Positions 18,309 through 29,376 of a DNA stretch of 64,000 nucleotides are shown here, piece after piece. Every line of letters starts with the position of its first letter. Position 1 is the stretch's first letter. The notes beneath the pieces were generated by a model. It did no database searches, had not been told where the DNA came from, and saw nothing but the letters and a program-made list of their open reading frames with translations. This stretch comes from Acidobacteriota bacterium (GTDB lineage Bacteria > Acidobacteriota > UBA4820 > DSQY01): contig JBBILR010000004.1 in assembly GCA_037444825.1 (NCBI GenBank), positions 55,536 through 119,535 on the forward strand, read 5' to 3'. Position numbers and translations under genes: made by a program.

Positions 18309-19142
18309 TCACCGTCCCCAGTCGCGGGGGTAGCGGAAGTCGATGCCGACGGTGCGGTGGGTGAGCTTGGGGATGACGGGGAGGCGCCGCTTGAACTGGC
18401 TGGCCTCCACCCGGCCGAGGATGCGCAGCACCCGGTCCCGGGCAAGGCCCGAGAGGGCGGCGGCCTCCTCCACGGTGTGGCGTTCGTCCACGAGAAGATA
18501 AAGGACGGCGTCGGCCTCCGCGTAGGAAAACCCCATCTCCCCCTCGTCGGTCTGGCCCTGCCAGAGGTCGGCGGAGGGCGGCTTCTCCAGGACCTCCCGC
18601 GGAAGGCCCAGGTGGGCCCCCAGCTGCCAGACGTGGCTCTTGTACAGGTCCCCGATGGGGTTCAACGAGGAGGCCATGTCCCCGTACCAGGTCCCGTAGC
18701 CGAGAAGCAGCTCGGTCTTGTTGGAGGTGCCCAGGACCAGGGCGCCCTCCCGCGCCGAGAGGTCAAAGAGGACCGCCATGCGCACCCGCGCCATGAAGTT
18801 CCCCCGCCGGAGGGGACTGGCCTCCCGCCCGCCCTCGAAGTAGGCGTCCACCATGGGGCTGATGTCCACCCGCTCCAGGGAGACCCCCAGAAGGGAGACC
18901 ACGGTCTCGGCGTCCCGCTCGGAGCGGGGGTCGCTGAGCCGGTAGGGCATCTTCACGGCCAGCACCCGCTCGGGGCCCACGGCGCGGGCGGCCAGGGCGC
19001 AGGAGAGGGCGGAGTCCACGCCGCCGGAGAGGCCCACCACGAAGCGCCCGAAGCCGGTCTTCCGGAGTTCGGCTTCGAGGAAGCGGGTGATGAGGGAGAC
19101 GGCCAGGTCCGGCTGGAGGGGGGGAGGGTAGCTCTTGGCCAC
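18309..19142 (-). CDS. nadE: NAD+ synthetase, synthetase subunit
   Basis: GLSGGVDS, GNFMARVRM, GTSNKTE, NPIGDLYK and PSADLW..QTDE motifs. Confidence 0.95.
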   Translation of the reverse strand: MAKSYPPPLQPDLAVSLITRFLEAELRKTGFGRFVVGLSGGVDSALSCALAARAVGPERVLAVKMPYRLSDPRSERDAETVVSLLGVSLERVDISPMVDAYFEGGREASPLRRGNFMARVRMAVLFDLSAREGALVLGTSNKTELLLGYGTWYGDMASSLNPIGDLYKSHVWQLGAHLGLPREVLEKPPSADLWQGQTDEGEMGFSYAEADAVLYLLVDERHTVEEAAALSGLARDRVLRILGRVEASQFKRRLPVIPKLTHRTVGIDFRYPRDWGR

Positions 19143-19152
19143 GGGGGCGCTC

Positions 19153-20025
19153 CTATTCCAGAAGGCCCCCCCTCCGGTGGTGGAGGAGGGCCTGGAGTTC
19201 TCCAAGAACGAGGTGGGGCTTCTCGTCCCGGAGGAGGGGGGTGAGGGTCCGGGCCCGGCGGACGTCGGAGGGGCGGATCTCCACCCCGTAGGCGGCCTCT
19301 TCGTTCTCCGCGCCGTCGAGGAGCAGGTTCCCGAAGGGGTCGGCCGCGAAGGAGCCCCCGGCGAAGGCCAGCCCGTCCTCGTACCCGGTGCGGTTCACGT
19401 AGACCCAGTGGACGGTGAGGAACTGGGCCAGGGTCTGGCCCACCCGCTCCCACGCCTGGACGGAGGCGGCCTCGGGCTCCCGGGCCCGCAGCCCCCGGCC
19501 GGGACTCCCCGAGAGGACGAGGAGGGTGTGGACCCCCTGGAGGGCGTAGAGGTAGGAGGACGAAAGGTGCCAGGCGTCCTCGCAGACGAGGATCCCCATC
19601 CGTCCGAGGCGGCTCTCGAAGGCCCGGAAGGCCTCCCCCGGCGCGAAGTACCTCCCCTCGTCGAACATGCCGTAGGTGGGGAGGTAGACCTTGCGGTGGA
19701 CGTGGAGGATCCGCCCCCCGGAGAGGTAGAGGGCGGCGTTGTGGAAGAGGAAGTCCGGCCCCTCGAGGACCAGCCCCACCACCAGGTCCCGTTCCCGGCT
19801 GGCCTGAAGGAGGGGCCCCAGGGCCCCTTCGGGGTCCGAAACGGCCACCTCGGCCACCAGGTCCTTCAGGAGGTAGCCGGTGAGGGAGAGTTCGGGAAAG
19901 ACCACCAGGTCCGCCTCCCGGGCCTCGGGACGCCGGAGCCAGGCGAGGTGGCGCTCCAGGTTCTCCCGGAAGAGGCCGAGGGCGGGGGTCATCTGGATCA
20001 AGGCGCAACGGAAGGGACGGCTCAC
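19153..20025 (-). CDS. Nitrilase-family carbon-nitrogen hydrolase (likely glutaminase subunit of NadE)
   Basis: E-K-C triad (FPELSLTGY, HRKVYLPTYGMFDEGRYF, VCEDAW); directly upstream of nadE. Confidence 0.9.
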   Translation of the reverse strand: MSRPFRCALIQMTPALGLFRENLERHLAWLRRPEAREADLVVFPELSLTGYLLKDLVAEVAVSDPEGALGPLLQASRERDLVVGLVLEGPDFLFHNAALYLSGGRILHVHRKVYLPTYGMFDEGRYFAPGEAFRAFESRLGRMGILVCEDAWHLSSSYLYALQGVHTLLVLSGSPGRGLRAREPEAASVQAWERVGQTLAQFLTVHWVYVNRTGYEDGLAFAGGSFAADPFGNLLLDGAENEEAAYGVEIRPSDVRRARTLTPLLRDEKPHLVLGELQALLHHRRGGLLE

Positions 20026-20102
20026 GGTTTCCTCCGGGGACAGTATAGGGGCGGGGCGCCCCGGCGGACAACGGCCCCTCTCCGAAGAAAGGCTAAGGAT
20101 AC

Positions 20103-20131
20103 TTGACAAGCAGGCAAGCAGATTTTATAAT
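20103..20131 (+). promoter_or_regulatory. Consensus sigma70 promoter of groESL
   Basis: TTGACA-N17-TATAAT. Confidence 0.92.
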
Positions 20132-20157
20132 TAGCAACCTGAGGCATTCGTTGCTAA
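20131..20157 (+). promoter_or_regulatory. CIRCE-like HrcA operator (variant)
   Basis: TTAGCAACC-N9-CGTTGCTAA covering the predicted TSS of groES; canonical CIRCE is TTAGCACTC-N9-GAGTGCTAA. Confidence 0.8.
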
Positions 20158-20188
20158 TCGCGTTCGGACCCACTGAGGAGGTTGAAAG

Positions 20189-20476
20189 ATGACGGTGAAA
20201 CCACTGCACGACCGGGTTCTGATCAAGCGTCTGGAGGCCAAGGAGACGGTCCGGGGCGGGATCATCATTCCCGACACGGCCAAGGAAAAGCCCCTGGAGG
20301 GAGAGGTCATCGCCGTCGGCCCCGGCCGCCTCGACGACGCGGGCAAGCGCATGCCCATGTCGGTGAAGCCCGGCGACAAGGTCCTCGTCGGCAAGTACGC
20401 CGGGACGGAGATCAAGATCGACGACGTGGAGCACGTGATCGTCCGCGAGGACGAGATCATGGGCATCGTGGAATAA
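20189..20476 (+). CDS. groES: Co-chaperonin GroES
   Basis: [20 protein letters not shown] and KYAGTE motifs. Confidence 0.98.
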   Translation: MTVKPLHDRVLIKRLEAKETVRGGIIIPDTAKEKPLEGEVIAVGPGRLDDAGKRMPMSVKPGDKVLVGKYAGTEIKIDDVEHVIVREDEIMGIVE

Positions 20477-20498
20477 CCGAAGGAACGGAGGCACTCCG

Positions 20499-22121
<1,623 letters not shown>

Positions 22122-22154
22122 GAAGCGCATTCAACGGGATCCTGCACCCGGCGA

Positions 22155-22185
22155 GGGGCGGGCTTCGGCCCGCCCCCTTTGTTTT
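22155..22185 (+). terminator. groESL intrinsic terminator
   Basis: GGGGCGGGC-TTCG-GCCCGCCCC followed by CTTTGTTTT. Confidence 0.85.
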
Positions 22186-22285
22186 CAGGGCCCACCGTCA
22201 GCCTCTCCACGGCGGGGTACCCACGGCATTCGCCCTTGCGAAGGAGTCCCCCCTGGGAGTAGCTTTTCTTTCAGGGGTCCTTCCG

Positions 22286-23692
22286 GTGAAGAAGCTGCCG
22301 CTCCTCCTCGCCCTCGCGCTGGCGGCGCCGGCCGTCGCCGCCCGTACGCCCCCGCCGGCCGAGGGCCCGGCGGCGCGGCTTCTGAATTCGGTGCTCCGTG
22401 TTCCCTGGTCTCAGAGGCTCGAAGAGTTCCGGAAGGCCAGTCCCGACGCCTCCGTGGAACCCTTTCACGGAGATGGGTCCGTGACCTTCTTCCACGACTA
22501 TTGGTCCCACCGGGCGCGGAGGGAGAGCTCGGGAATCCGGAGGGAGTATTACTTTAACATGCCACCGGCGCTCGGCGAATCGGCGCCTGTACTGCTTCGC
22601 GCGAAGTTCACGTACGGCGTGCCCGGCCCAGGCGCTCCCCGGCCCGCGGAGGTCTGGGATGCCCTGCACGCCGCGCTCACCCGGAGGTACGGTGCCTGCC
22701 GCCCCGACCCGGAAGACGTGCCGGTCTTCGGGGTGCTGACGCTTTGGCAGCGCGAACTGTGGCACGCTTCGTCCGGCGAGATCCTGCTCTACCAGGAGGA
22801 CGGCTCCGTGGGCCTTCTCGCCTGGTCCCCCGACGTGGTGCGCCTCGAGAAGGCCTACCAGGACCAGCGCGCGATGGACCGGGCGGTGGCGCCCGAATGG
22901 GCCGTTCACAAACGGGCGGTGCTTCAGCAGGCCTTAACCAGAATACGCCAGGACGGCACACCCCAGTGGATCGCCTTGCTCGACCGGTGGCCCGACGACC
23001 CCGGCAAGGCCGACACCGCGATGCGCTTTCGAATCGGCATCGAGCCGCTTCGAGAGGCGGCGAACCCGGAGAGGCGGGACCCCGACCTCCAAGGGGCGCT
23101 ATATTGGGCCGCGAATGGGGTTCTTCCCGGGTGGATCGATCTCCCCCGTTGTGACGGCCAGACGGTACCCGTGGAGGTATCCGTATTGAGCGGTCTGGGC
23201 GTTCCCTACTACGAAGCCTCCTTGAATTGCGCACGGATGAGGGGCCTGGAAATCGAGCAGAGGCTTGTGGCAGAAGTCCCGGACTCCCCTTGGGGCCAGG
23301 CCGCGATGGTTGAATTGCTTCTTCAGGGCTTTTCGCGGGTTACCTGCGATCAAACGGCGGAAACCTTTCGTCTGGTGATCCAGAAGGCACCCGAGTGGAT
23401 TCCTCGTCTGAAGGACCCCGTTCTCCAGAGGACCGCCCGCCTCTGCCTTGGAAGGGCCTACGAGACGTGGTGGTCCCTCGCTCAAGCCAGAGGAGATTGC
23501 TACGCGGGAGATGGAGCATGGGCCCGCTCCGCCGGATGGAAGGAGGCCCGGACCCAGGCACTTTCCATCTGCGAGTCCTTGGTCAAGGAGGATCCCAACG
23601 GTTTCGAGGCCAGGCAGTTGCGCTTCACTCTGCCACGCCTGCTTGCGGGCGTCGATACGAACTGCCGCCACGACTATTGCATCTACGATTGA
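22286..23692 (+). CDS. Hypothetical secreted protein with Cys-rich helical C-terminal half
   Basis: Clear signal peptide (M)KKLPLLLALALAAPAVAA; long ORF ending NCRHDYCIYD. Confidence 0.7.
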   Translation: MKKLPLLLALALAAPAVAARTPPPAEGPAARLLNSVLRVPWSQRLEEFRKASPDASVEPFHGDGSVTFFHDYWSHRARRESSGIRREYYFNMPPALGESAPVLLRAKFTYGVPGPGAPRPAEVWDALHAALTRRYGACRPDPEDVPVFGVLTLWQRELWHASSGEILLYQEDGSVGLLAWSPDVVRLEKAYQDQRAMDRAVAPEWAVHKRAVLQQALTRIRQDGTPQWIALLDRWPDDPGKADTAMRFRIGIEPLREAANPERRDPDLQGALYWAANGVLPGWIDLPRCDGQTVPVEVSVLSGLGVPYYEASLNCARMRGLEIEQRLVAEVPDSPWGQAAMVELLLQGFSRVTCDQTAETFRLVIQKAPEWIPRLKDPVLQRTARLCLGRAYETWWSLAQARGDCYAGDGAWARSAGWKEARTQALSICESLVKEDPNGFEARQLRFTLPRLLAGVDTNCRHDYCIYD

Positions 23693-23746
23693 CCCCCCCT
23701 TCCCGGCGCCTGGGGGAGGTCGCGCCCACCCCCCGGCGAACGCCTC

Positions 23747-24571
23747 TCAGCAGAAGTAGCCCGCGGGCCGGAGGAGCGGGGAGCCGTCCCGGTGGCGGCT
23801 GGGAAGCCACCCCTCCGTTACCCCGGACAGCCCGCCCGCGGTCTCCCCGTGCCAGAGAAAGACGCGCCCGAAACCGTTCCTTTGCAGGCCCATGTTGAAC
23901 CCCCAGGAAGCCGCGCCCCGCTTCTCCAGCTCCTCGCCGCCCAGGAACGGGGCGTCGTCCAGAAAGGGAACCCAGGGGGCTCGGGGGTCGGGGGCCACGT
24001 ACAACCGAAGGGCGTAGTGGGGGTTGAGCACGGTCCAGTGGGGGTGCCCCGACCCCTCCTCGGCCTCGGCGCACGCGCCCGCGGGGCAAGTGCAGGCGAT
24101 GGAGGGTTCCTCGGGATACACCCGCGCTTCCCGAAGCCTCAGCCAGCCCCGCTCTCCCGCTCGGGTGTGGAGGACCGCCTCCACGAACTCCCCTTTTCGG
24201 ACGGTGGCGAAGAAGGCGAGGGAGGCCCCTTCGTTCCAGCGGGCGAAGCCGAAAGGACCGAGCCGGGTGGCGGGGACCTCCTCCTTCGACCGGAAGCCCG
24301 CGGGGCCTTCTTCGAAAAGGGGCACCGGCATGGGTTTCCAGGTGGTGAAATCCTTGTGGTCGGCGGACTGGACGGCCATCTCGCTGCCGAGCCAACCCCA
24401 TTCGACCTCGACCTTCCCGATGACCTGCCGGAGAAGCCCCTCGGGAATCTCCTCCCTCTCGCAGCCGTACTCCTCCAGGCCCTTCGTGGGGACCATCCTC
24501 GCGGGCTTCTCGCCCGTCTCCCGGCATCCCGTGTCCACGGAGGGCAAGGGGGCCGGGCTGTCGTGCCCCAA
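23747..24571 (-). CDS. Hypothetical protein, N-terminus probably disrupted
   Basis: Protein-like 274-aa ORF with a poor TTG start; a degenerate signal-like segment lies upstream in another frame. Confidence 0.4.
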   Translation of the reverse strand: MGHDSPAPLPSVDTGCRETGEKPARMVPTKGLEEYGCEREEIPEGLLRQVIGKVEVEWGWLGSEMAVQSADHKDFTTWKPMPVPLFEEGPAGFRSKEEVPATRLGPFGFARWNEGASLAFFATVRKGEFVEAVLHTRAGERGWLRLREARVYPEEPSIACTCPAGACAEAEEGSGHPHWTVLNPHYALRLYVAPDPRAPWVPFLDDAPFLGGEELEKRGAASWGFNMGLQRNGFGRVFLWHGETAGGLSGVTEGWLPSRHRDGSPLLRPAGYFC

Positions 24572-24579
24572 GGAACCCG

Positions 24580-25660
24580 TCAGCGTCCTTCCAGCCGCGC
24601 CACCGTTCCGGCGGGGGGCGGCGGGGCCGCGGGGCGAACCCGCGTCACGCCGGAAGGCCGCCGGGAGCGCTCCTCTCCCTCGGGTTGCCCTCCGGGCGGG
24701 GTAACGGGCTGGACCAGGGGAACCGAGAGAGGACCCATCCCGGGCTCGGGAACGGGACCCGTGCAGGGCGTGAAGCGGTCGTCTCCCTCCTCCGTTTCCG
24801 CCGCCTCTCCCCGGGCGTCGGCCTCCGCTTTAAGGAGGGACTCCCCAGGGGGGATTCCGGCGGGGATCCCGAGACCGGCTCCGTCGAGGCAGCGGTGTGG
24901 GTCGGGGGCCAGCGCCGGGACGGGTCTGCGGGCGGGCAGGGTCCGCTCGGAATTTCCTCCGGCGGGCCGCAGGAAGAAGTGGGTCTGAGAAGGCGGAGCG
25001 GCGATGTCCCCGGCGTTGGCCGTGCATGCGAAGATCCGGGTCCGCCCTCCCGGTCGCGCGTGAAACCTCCCCGGAGAGAGGGCGTAAACCCTCGGTTTGG
25101 CCCCGGGGGCCCAGGCCAGAACCGCCTTGGCTTCGAAGGCGGCCTCAGGCTCGGTCCCCTGGGACGGGAGGCGGACTCGGATCTCCTCCCGTCCCTCGGA
25201 GGTTCCCCTCTGGGGAAAGAAGACCTCCCCCCGCTCGCCGGTGACGACGGTTTCGCGCCGGCCCTCGCGGGGGCCCTCCACCACTTCCGGGAGAACCGTC
25301 CGGGTGGGAAGGGGGGTGCGGGTGGCCTCGTCCCAAAGTCTCGCCCGAAGGGGGATCGCTTCCCCCAGGGAGGCTTCGGCGGAAGGGAGGGAGAGGGCCC
25401 GGGGGTTACCGAAATCGCCTCCGCGGGAAAGGGAAGGAACCGCACCGACCCGGAGGCCTCTCGCGTGGAGAGGTTTCCCAGGAGGTACCGGTACCGGAAG
25501 AGGCCGTCCCGCCCCTTGTCCACCCCCGCCCGGAGGCGGATTCCCGCCGCCTCCTGGTGAAAGGGGGGTGCCTCACCCCCCCGGTTCCGGCCCGCGGTTC
25601 CGTGCCCCCGAGGAGCCAAAGACCCGCCAAGAGAAGTGCCGCCGGCGCCCTCTTCCCTCT
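24580..25660 (-). pseudogene. Frameshifted or degenerate Ig-like plus CARDB surface protein gene
   Basis: CARDB-like segments ANAGDIAAPPSQTHFFL, VPALAP and IPPGESLLKAEADARGEAAETEEGDD in 24580..25284; upstream protein-like segments fall in other frames. Confidence 0.45.
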
Positions 25661-25700
25661 GAGGGGAGGCCCCCCTCCGGAAAGTCCCCGCGGCGCGGCT

Positions 25701-26957
25701 CTATTCGTAGACCTTTTCGCCGGGGGCGCCGGCGTTCACGGCGTCCTGCTCCACGTCCCGCGAATCCGAGGGGGTTTTCAGGAACTCCTTGTAGAACTCG
25801 TGCTGGATGACCAGGTCCATGATCTCGTTGGTCCCGGTCCAGATCATGATGAGGCGCACGTCCCTCAGGAGGCGCTCCACGGGGTAGACGTCGGTGTAGC
25901 CGATCCCGCCCAGGATCTGCATGGCGTGGTTGACCACCGTCCAGGCCATCTCCGTGGCGAACTTCTTGGACTCGGAGACCATGCGCCGGACCCGGCCGGG
26001 GTCCACCTTGCCGTTGTCCACCGCCCGGCAGGTCTCCCGGCAGAGGCCCCGGGCCGCGTCCAGCAGGGTCAGGGAGTCGGCGATCTTGAAGGAGACCGCC
26101 TCGAAACGGCGGATCTCCTGGCCGAAGGCCTTCCGCCGGGCGGCGTACCGGGCGGCGATCTCCAGGGCCGCCCGGGCCATCCCCAGGGCGCCGCAGGCGC
26201 TGGTCATCCGCTCGGGGATCATCATCTGGTCGAAGACCGCCGCCCCCCGGCCGATCCCCGCCTCCCCCCCCAGCACGTTGGAGAGGGGGACGCGGCACTT
26301 CCGGAACCGGATCCGCCCGGTCCCTCCCCCCCGGGTGCCCATGAGGCCGTAGACGTGCTCCACCTCCACCCCCTCCCCCCGGTCCACCAGGAAGGCGGTG
26401 ATGGCCTTCCGGGGGTCGCCGCCCTCGGCGGTCCGGGCGTAGACGAGGAAGAAGTCCGCCCCCTCGGAGCCCACCACGAACCGCTTCTGGCCGTCGAGGA
26501 CGAAGGCGTCGCCGTCCCGCACGGCGGTGGTGGTGGCGCCGAAGAAGTCCGACCCGCCCCGGGGCTCGGTGAGGGCCTCGGCCGGCGCCAGTTCTCCCCG
26601 GAGCATGGGGGCCAGGTACCGCCGCTTCTGCTCCTCCGTCCCGAAGTGGTGGAGGGCCTCCCCCACGATGGAGACCAGGGAGTAGAGGCAGGCCAGGGAG
26701 GTGCCCAGCACCCCCACCTCCTCCAGCGCCACCATCTCCGAGGTCCAGGGGAGGCCGCGGCCGCCGTACTCTCTCGGGAAGCGCAGGCCCAGGATTCCCC
26801 GCCGGCCCGCCTCCGCGAGGTAGTGCTTGGGGTACCGAACCCGTTCCTGGTCCATGTCCAGGATGAGGGAGCGGGGGACGGACTTCACGAAGGCCCGGAC
26901 CTCGTCCCTCAGGGCCCGGGTCTTTTCATGCAGGAGCGCGTCGGGGTGTGCGGTCAT
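25701..26957 (-). CDS. Acyl-CoA dehydrogenase
   Basis: [31 protein letters not shown] and IWTGTNEI motifs. Confidence 0.94.
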   Translation of the reverse strand: MTAHPDALLHEKTRALRDEVRAFVKSVPRSLILDMDQERVRYPKHYLAEAGRRGILGLRFPREYGGRGLPWTSEMVALEEVGVLGTSLACLYSLVSIVGEALHHFGTEEQKRRYLAPMLRGELAPAEALTEPRGGSDFFGATTTAVRDGDAFVLDGQKRFVVGSEGADFFLVYARTAEGGDPRKAITAFLVDRGEGVEVEHVYGLMGTRGGGTGRIRFRKCRVPLSNVLGGEAGIGRGAAVFDQMMIPERMTSACGALGMARAALEIAARYAARRKAFGQEIRRFEAVSFKIADSLTLLDAARGLCRETCRAVDNGKVDPGRVRRMVSESKKFATEMAWTVVNHAMQILGGIGYTDVYPVERLLRDVRLIMIWTGTNEIMDLVIQHEFYKEFLKTPSDSRDVEQDAVNAGAPGEKVYE

Positions 26958-27069
26958 GGTTCCCTCCTCTCAGGGGATTCTAGTCCTTCCGGAAAATCCG
27001 GGAAGAGACGGCAGGCCCCCGCCCTTTCGGGAAGGTGGCGCACCGGGGCCGAGGGCCCTATATTTGGGA

Positions 27070-27125
27070 CAAAGACCGGCGTACGGAAGCGCCGTGGCGG
27101 AGGGGGGGCGGATCCCCCCTTTTTT
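27070..27125 (+). ncRNA. Candidate short RNA or attenuator leader with GGA-loop hairpins
   Basis: TATATT -10 box at 27059-27064; hairpin CGGCGT-ACGGAA-GCGCCG; terminator AGGGGGGG-CGGA-TCCCCCCT plus T run; no plus-strand gene upstream for it to terminate. Confidence 0.35.
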
Positions 27126-27144
27126 CTCGGGCGGGAGGTGCGCG

Positions 27145-27321
27145 ATGGAACTCACGCTCACGGCGGAGGAGGCGGAATTCCTGCGGGCCCTCCTTCAGCG
27201 GGAGCTCGGAGAGCTCCGCGAGGAGGTCTACCACGCGGAGGTCACGGAGTACAAGAAGGGCCTGAAGGAGGAGGAAAAAATCCTGAGGGGCCTCCTGGAC
27301 CGGATGGCGGTGGCCGTCTGA
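27145..27321 (+). CDS. Small hypothetical helical protein (58 aa)
   Basis: GGGAGG RBS; MELTLTAEEAEFLRALLQRELGELREEVYHAE...; host-like codon usage. Confidence 0.7.
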   Translation: MELTLTAEEAEFLRALLQRELGELREEVYHAEVTEYKKGLKEEEKILRGLLDRMAVAV

Positions 27322-27436
27322 CCCTCCAGAGGCCCCGCTCCCGAGGACCGACCGGCAGGGGCTCTTCCTTTTCCCCCGGATCCGGGGATACACTGTTCCC
27401 TGTCGCCGGGCACTCCGCCCGGAGGGGAGGTTCTGC

Positions 27437-28117
27437 ATGAAAGCCCGTCCGTTCCTGGCCGCCCTGGCGGCCTCGCTCCTCGGCGCCGCCCTCCTGGCCC
27501 AGGAGGCCAAGCCCGCCGAGACCCCCAAAACCGAAACCAAGGCCCCCGCCGCCGCCAAGCCCCAGACCCGGCCGGTGGCGGTCCTGGAGACCACCGCCGG
27601 CAAGATCGTCATCGAGTTTTTCCCCGACAAGGCCCCCAACCACGTGAAGAACTTCCTGAACCTGTGCAAGTCGGGCTTCTACAACGGGACGAAGTTCCAC
27701 CGCGTGATCCCCGGCTTCGTCATCCAAGGGGGGGACCCCAACACCAAGAAGGACGACACCTCCCTCTGGGGGACCGGCGGCAACGTGGGGCCCGACGGCA
27801 AGGAAAGGACCCTGAAGGCCGAGTTCAACGACGTCCACCACGGCCGGGGAATCGTCTCCATGGCCCGGGCGGCCGATCCCGATTCGGCCTCTTCCCAGTT
27901 CTTCATCTGCGTGGGCGACGCCGGGGCGTTGGACCGGAAGTACACGGCCTTCGGCCGGGTGGTCGAGGGGATGGACGTGGTGGACAAGATCGTCTCCGCG
28001 CCGACGGTGGGCGGCCCCACGGATCCGGAAGGGTCCCGGCCCAGGAACCCCGTGACCATCACCAAGGCGCGGGTGGAGCAGCGCCCGGTGGAGGCGCCGG
28101 CGGCGCCGGCACCCTAG
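27437..28117 (+). CDS. Periplasmic cyclophilin-type peptidyl-prolyl isomerase
   Basis: Signal peptide; FHRVIPGFVIQGGD, SMAR, SASSQFFI and YTAFGRV motifs. Confidence 0.93.
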   Translation: MKARPFLAALAASLLGAALLAQEAKPAETPKTETKAPAAAKPQTRPVAVLETTAGKIVIEFFPDKAPNHVKNFLNLCKSGFYNGTKFHRVIPGFVIQGGDPNTKKDDTSLWGTGGNVGPDGKERTLKAEFNDVHHGRGIVSMARAADPDSASSQFFICVGDAGALDRKYTAFGRVVEGMDVVDKIVSAPTVGGPTDPEGSRPRNPVTITKARVEQRPVEAPAAPAP

Positions 28118-28157
28118 TTTCCGGGCCCCTCGCGGGCCCTCTTCGGGGGAGGTTCCC

Positions 28158-29312
28158 ATGCGGAAGAAAACGAGGATTCGGTTCGGGGCCTTGGGGGTCT
28201 TGGTCCTCTTGCTGGCGTTGCTCGCCTGCGCCGACAAGCAGGTGACCCTGGGTGTGGCGGCGCCCCTGAGCGGCGAGCAGGCCAAGAGCGGCCAGGACGT
28301 GGTGAACGGCGTGCAGCTGGCCGTGGACCAGTGGAACGCCAAGGGCGGGCTCCGCGGCAAGAAGATCGTGGTGATCACCGGGGACGACAAGGGGGACCCC
28401 GACCAGGCTCTCCTGGTGGCCCGGAACTTCACCAAGAAGGTCAAGGCGGTGATCGGCCACTACAACAGCCCCTGCACCCTGGCGGCCATCGAGCTCTACA
28501 GCAAGGACAAGGTCCCCATGATCACCCCCTCCTCCACCAACCCCGACGTCACCGACCGGGGCTACCTCACCGTCTTCCGGGTCTGCGGCCGGGACGACCA
28601 GCAGGGGAGGAGCGCCGCCAAGTACGTGGTGGACCACTTCCCCGGCGCCAAGGTGGCGGTGATCCACGACAAATCCTCCTACGGTCAGGACCTGGCCAAC
28701 GAGTTCCTCAAGAACTTCGAGTTCCTCACCAAGACCCAGTCGGTCTTTTACGGCTCCATCGAGAGGACGGGGGTGGACATCCCGTCGGTGGTGGACAAGG
28801 TCAAGGAGAGCGGGGCCACCGTCGTCTACTTCGGCGGCCTCTGGCCCCAGGGGGCGGACCTGGTGAAGGAGATGCGCCAGAAGGGGCTCACGGCCACCTT
28901 CGTGAGCGGCGACGGTTGCTTCGACCCCCAGTTCCTCACCGCCGCGGGGCAGGCCGGGGAAGGCACCCTCGTCACCTTCATCCCCGACCAGGAGAAGCTC
29001 CCCACGGCCAAGGCGGCGGTGGATGCCTACAAGGCCAAGTACGGAAGCCTCGGCCCCTACTCGCTCTACGCCTACACCGCCGCGGTGGTGGCGCTCACCG
29101 GCATGGAGAAGGCCGGGTCTACCGACGGCGTGGAGGTGGCCCGGACCCTCCACAAGATCGAGGTGGACACCCCCTTCGGAAGGCTCAAGTTCGACGAGAA
29201 GGGGGACCCCCAGCAGTCGCCCTACGTCATGTGGAAGGTAGAAGGCGGCAAGTACCACGAGGTCCCCATGGATGCCCCGGCGGCCCCCGCTCCGGCGGGT
29301 CCCACGGGTTGA
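28158..29312 (+). CDS. Branched-chain amino acid ABC substrate-binding lipoprotein (LivK/LivJ-like)
   Basis: LLAC lipobox; PLSG, DDKGDP, IGHYNS, GRDDQQG and FDEKGD motifs. Confidence 0.9.
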   Translation: MRKKTRIRFGALGVLVLLLALLACADKQVTLGVAAPLSGEQAKSGQDVVNGVQLAVDQWNAKGGLRGKKIVVITGDDKGDPDQALLVARNFTKKVKAVIGHYNSPCTLAAIELYSKDKVPMITPSSTNPDVTDRGYLTVFRVCGRDDQQGRSAAKYVVDHFPGAKVAVIHDKSSYGQDLANEFLKNFEFLTKTQSVFYGSIERTGVDIPSVVDKVKESGATVVYFGGLWPQGADLVKEMRQKGLTATFVSGDGCFDPQFLTAAGQAGEGTLVTFIPDQEKLPTAKAAVDAYKAKYGSLGPYSLYAYTAAVVALTGMEKAGSTDGVEVARTLHKIEVDTPFGRLKFDEKGDPQQSPYVMWKVEGGKYHEVPMDAPAAPAPAGPTG

Positions 29313-29333
29313 CCCGCCCCATCCGGAGGATGG

Positions 29334-29364
29334 AAGGGCCGGGGTGCGCTCCCCGGCCCTTTTT
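29334..29364 (+). terminator. Intrinsic terminator between convergent genes
   Basis: AAGGGCCGGGG-TGCGCT-CCCCGGCCCTT followed by TTT. Confidence 0.75.
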
Positions 29365-29376
29365 CGTGGGCGGGCC

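Noticed and set aside
20107-20121. CAAGCAG-G-CAAGCAG direct repeat in the groES promoter spacer as a CtsR site
   Set aside because: It does not resemble the CtsR heptad RGTCAAA, and the CIRCE-like site already accounts for regulation.
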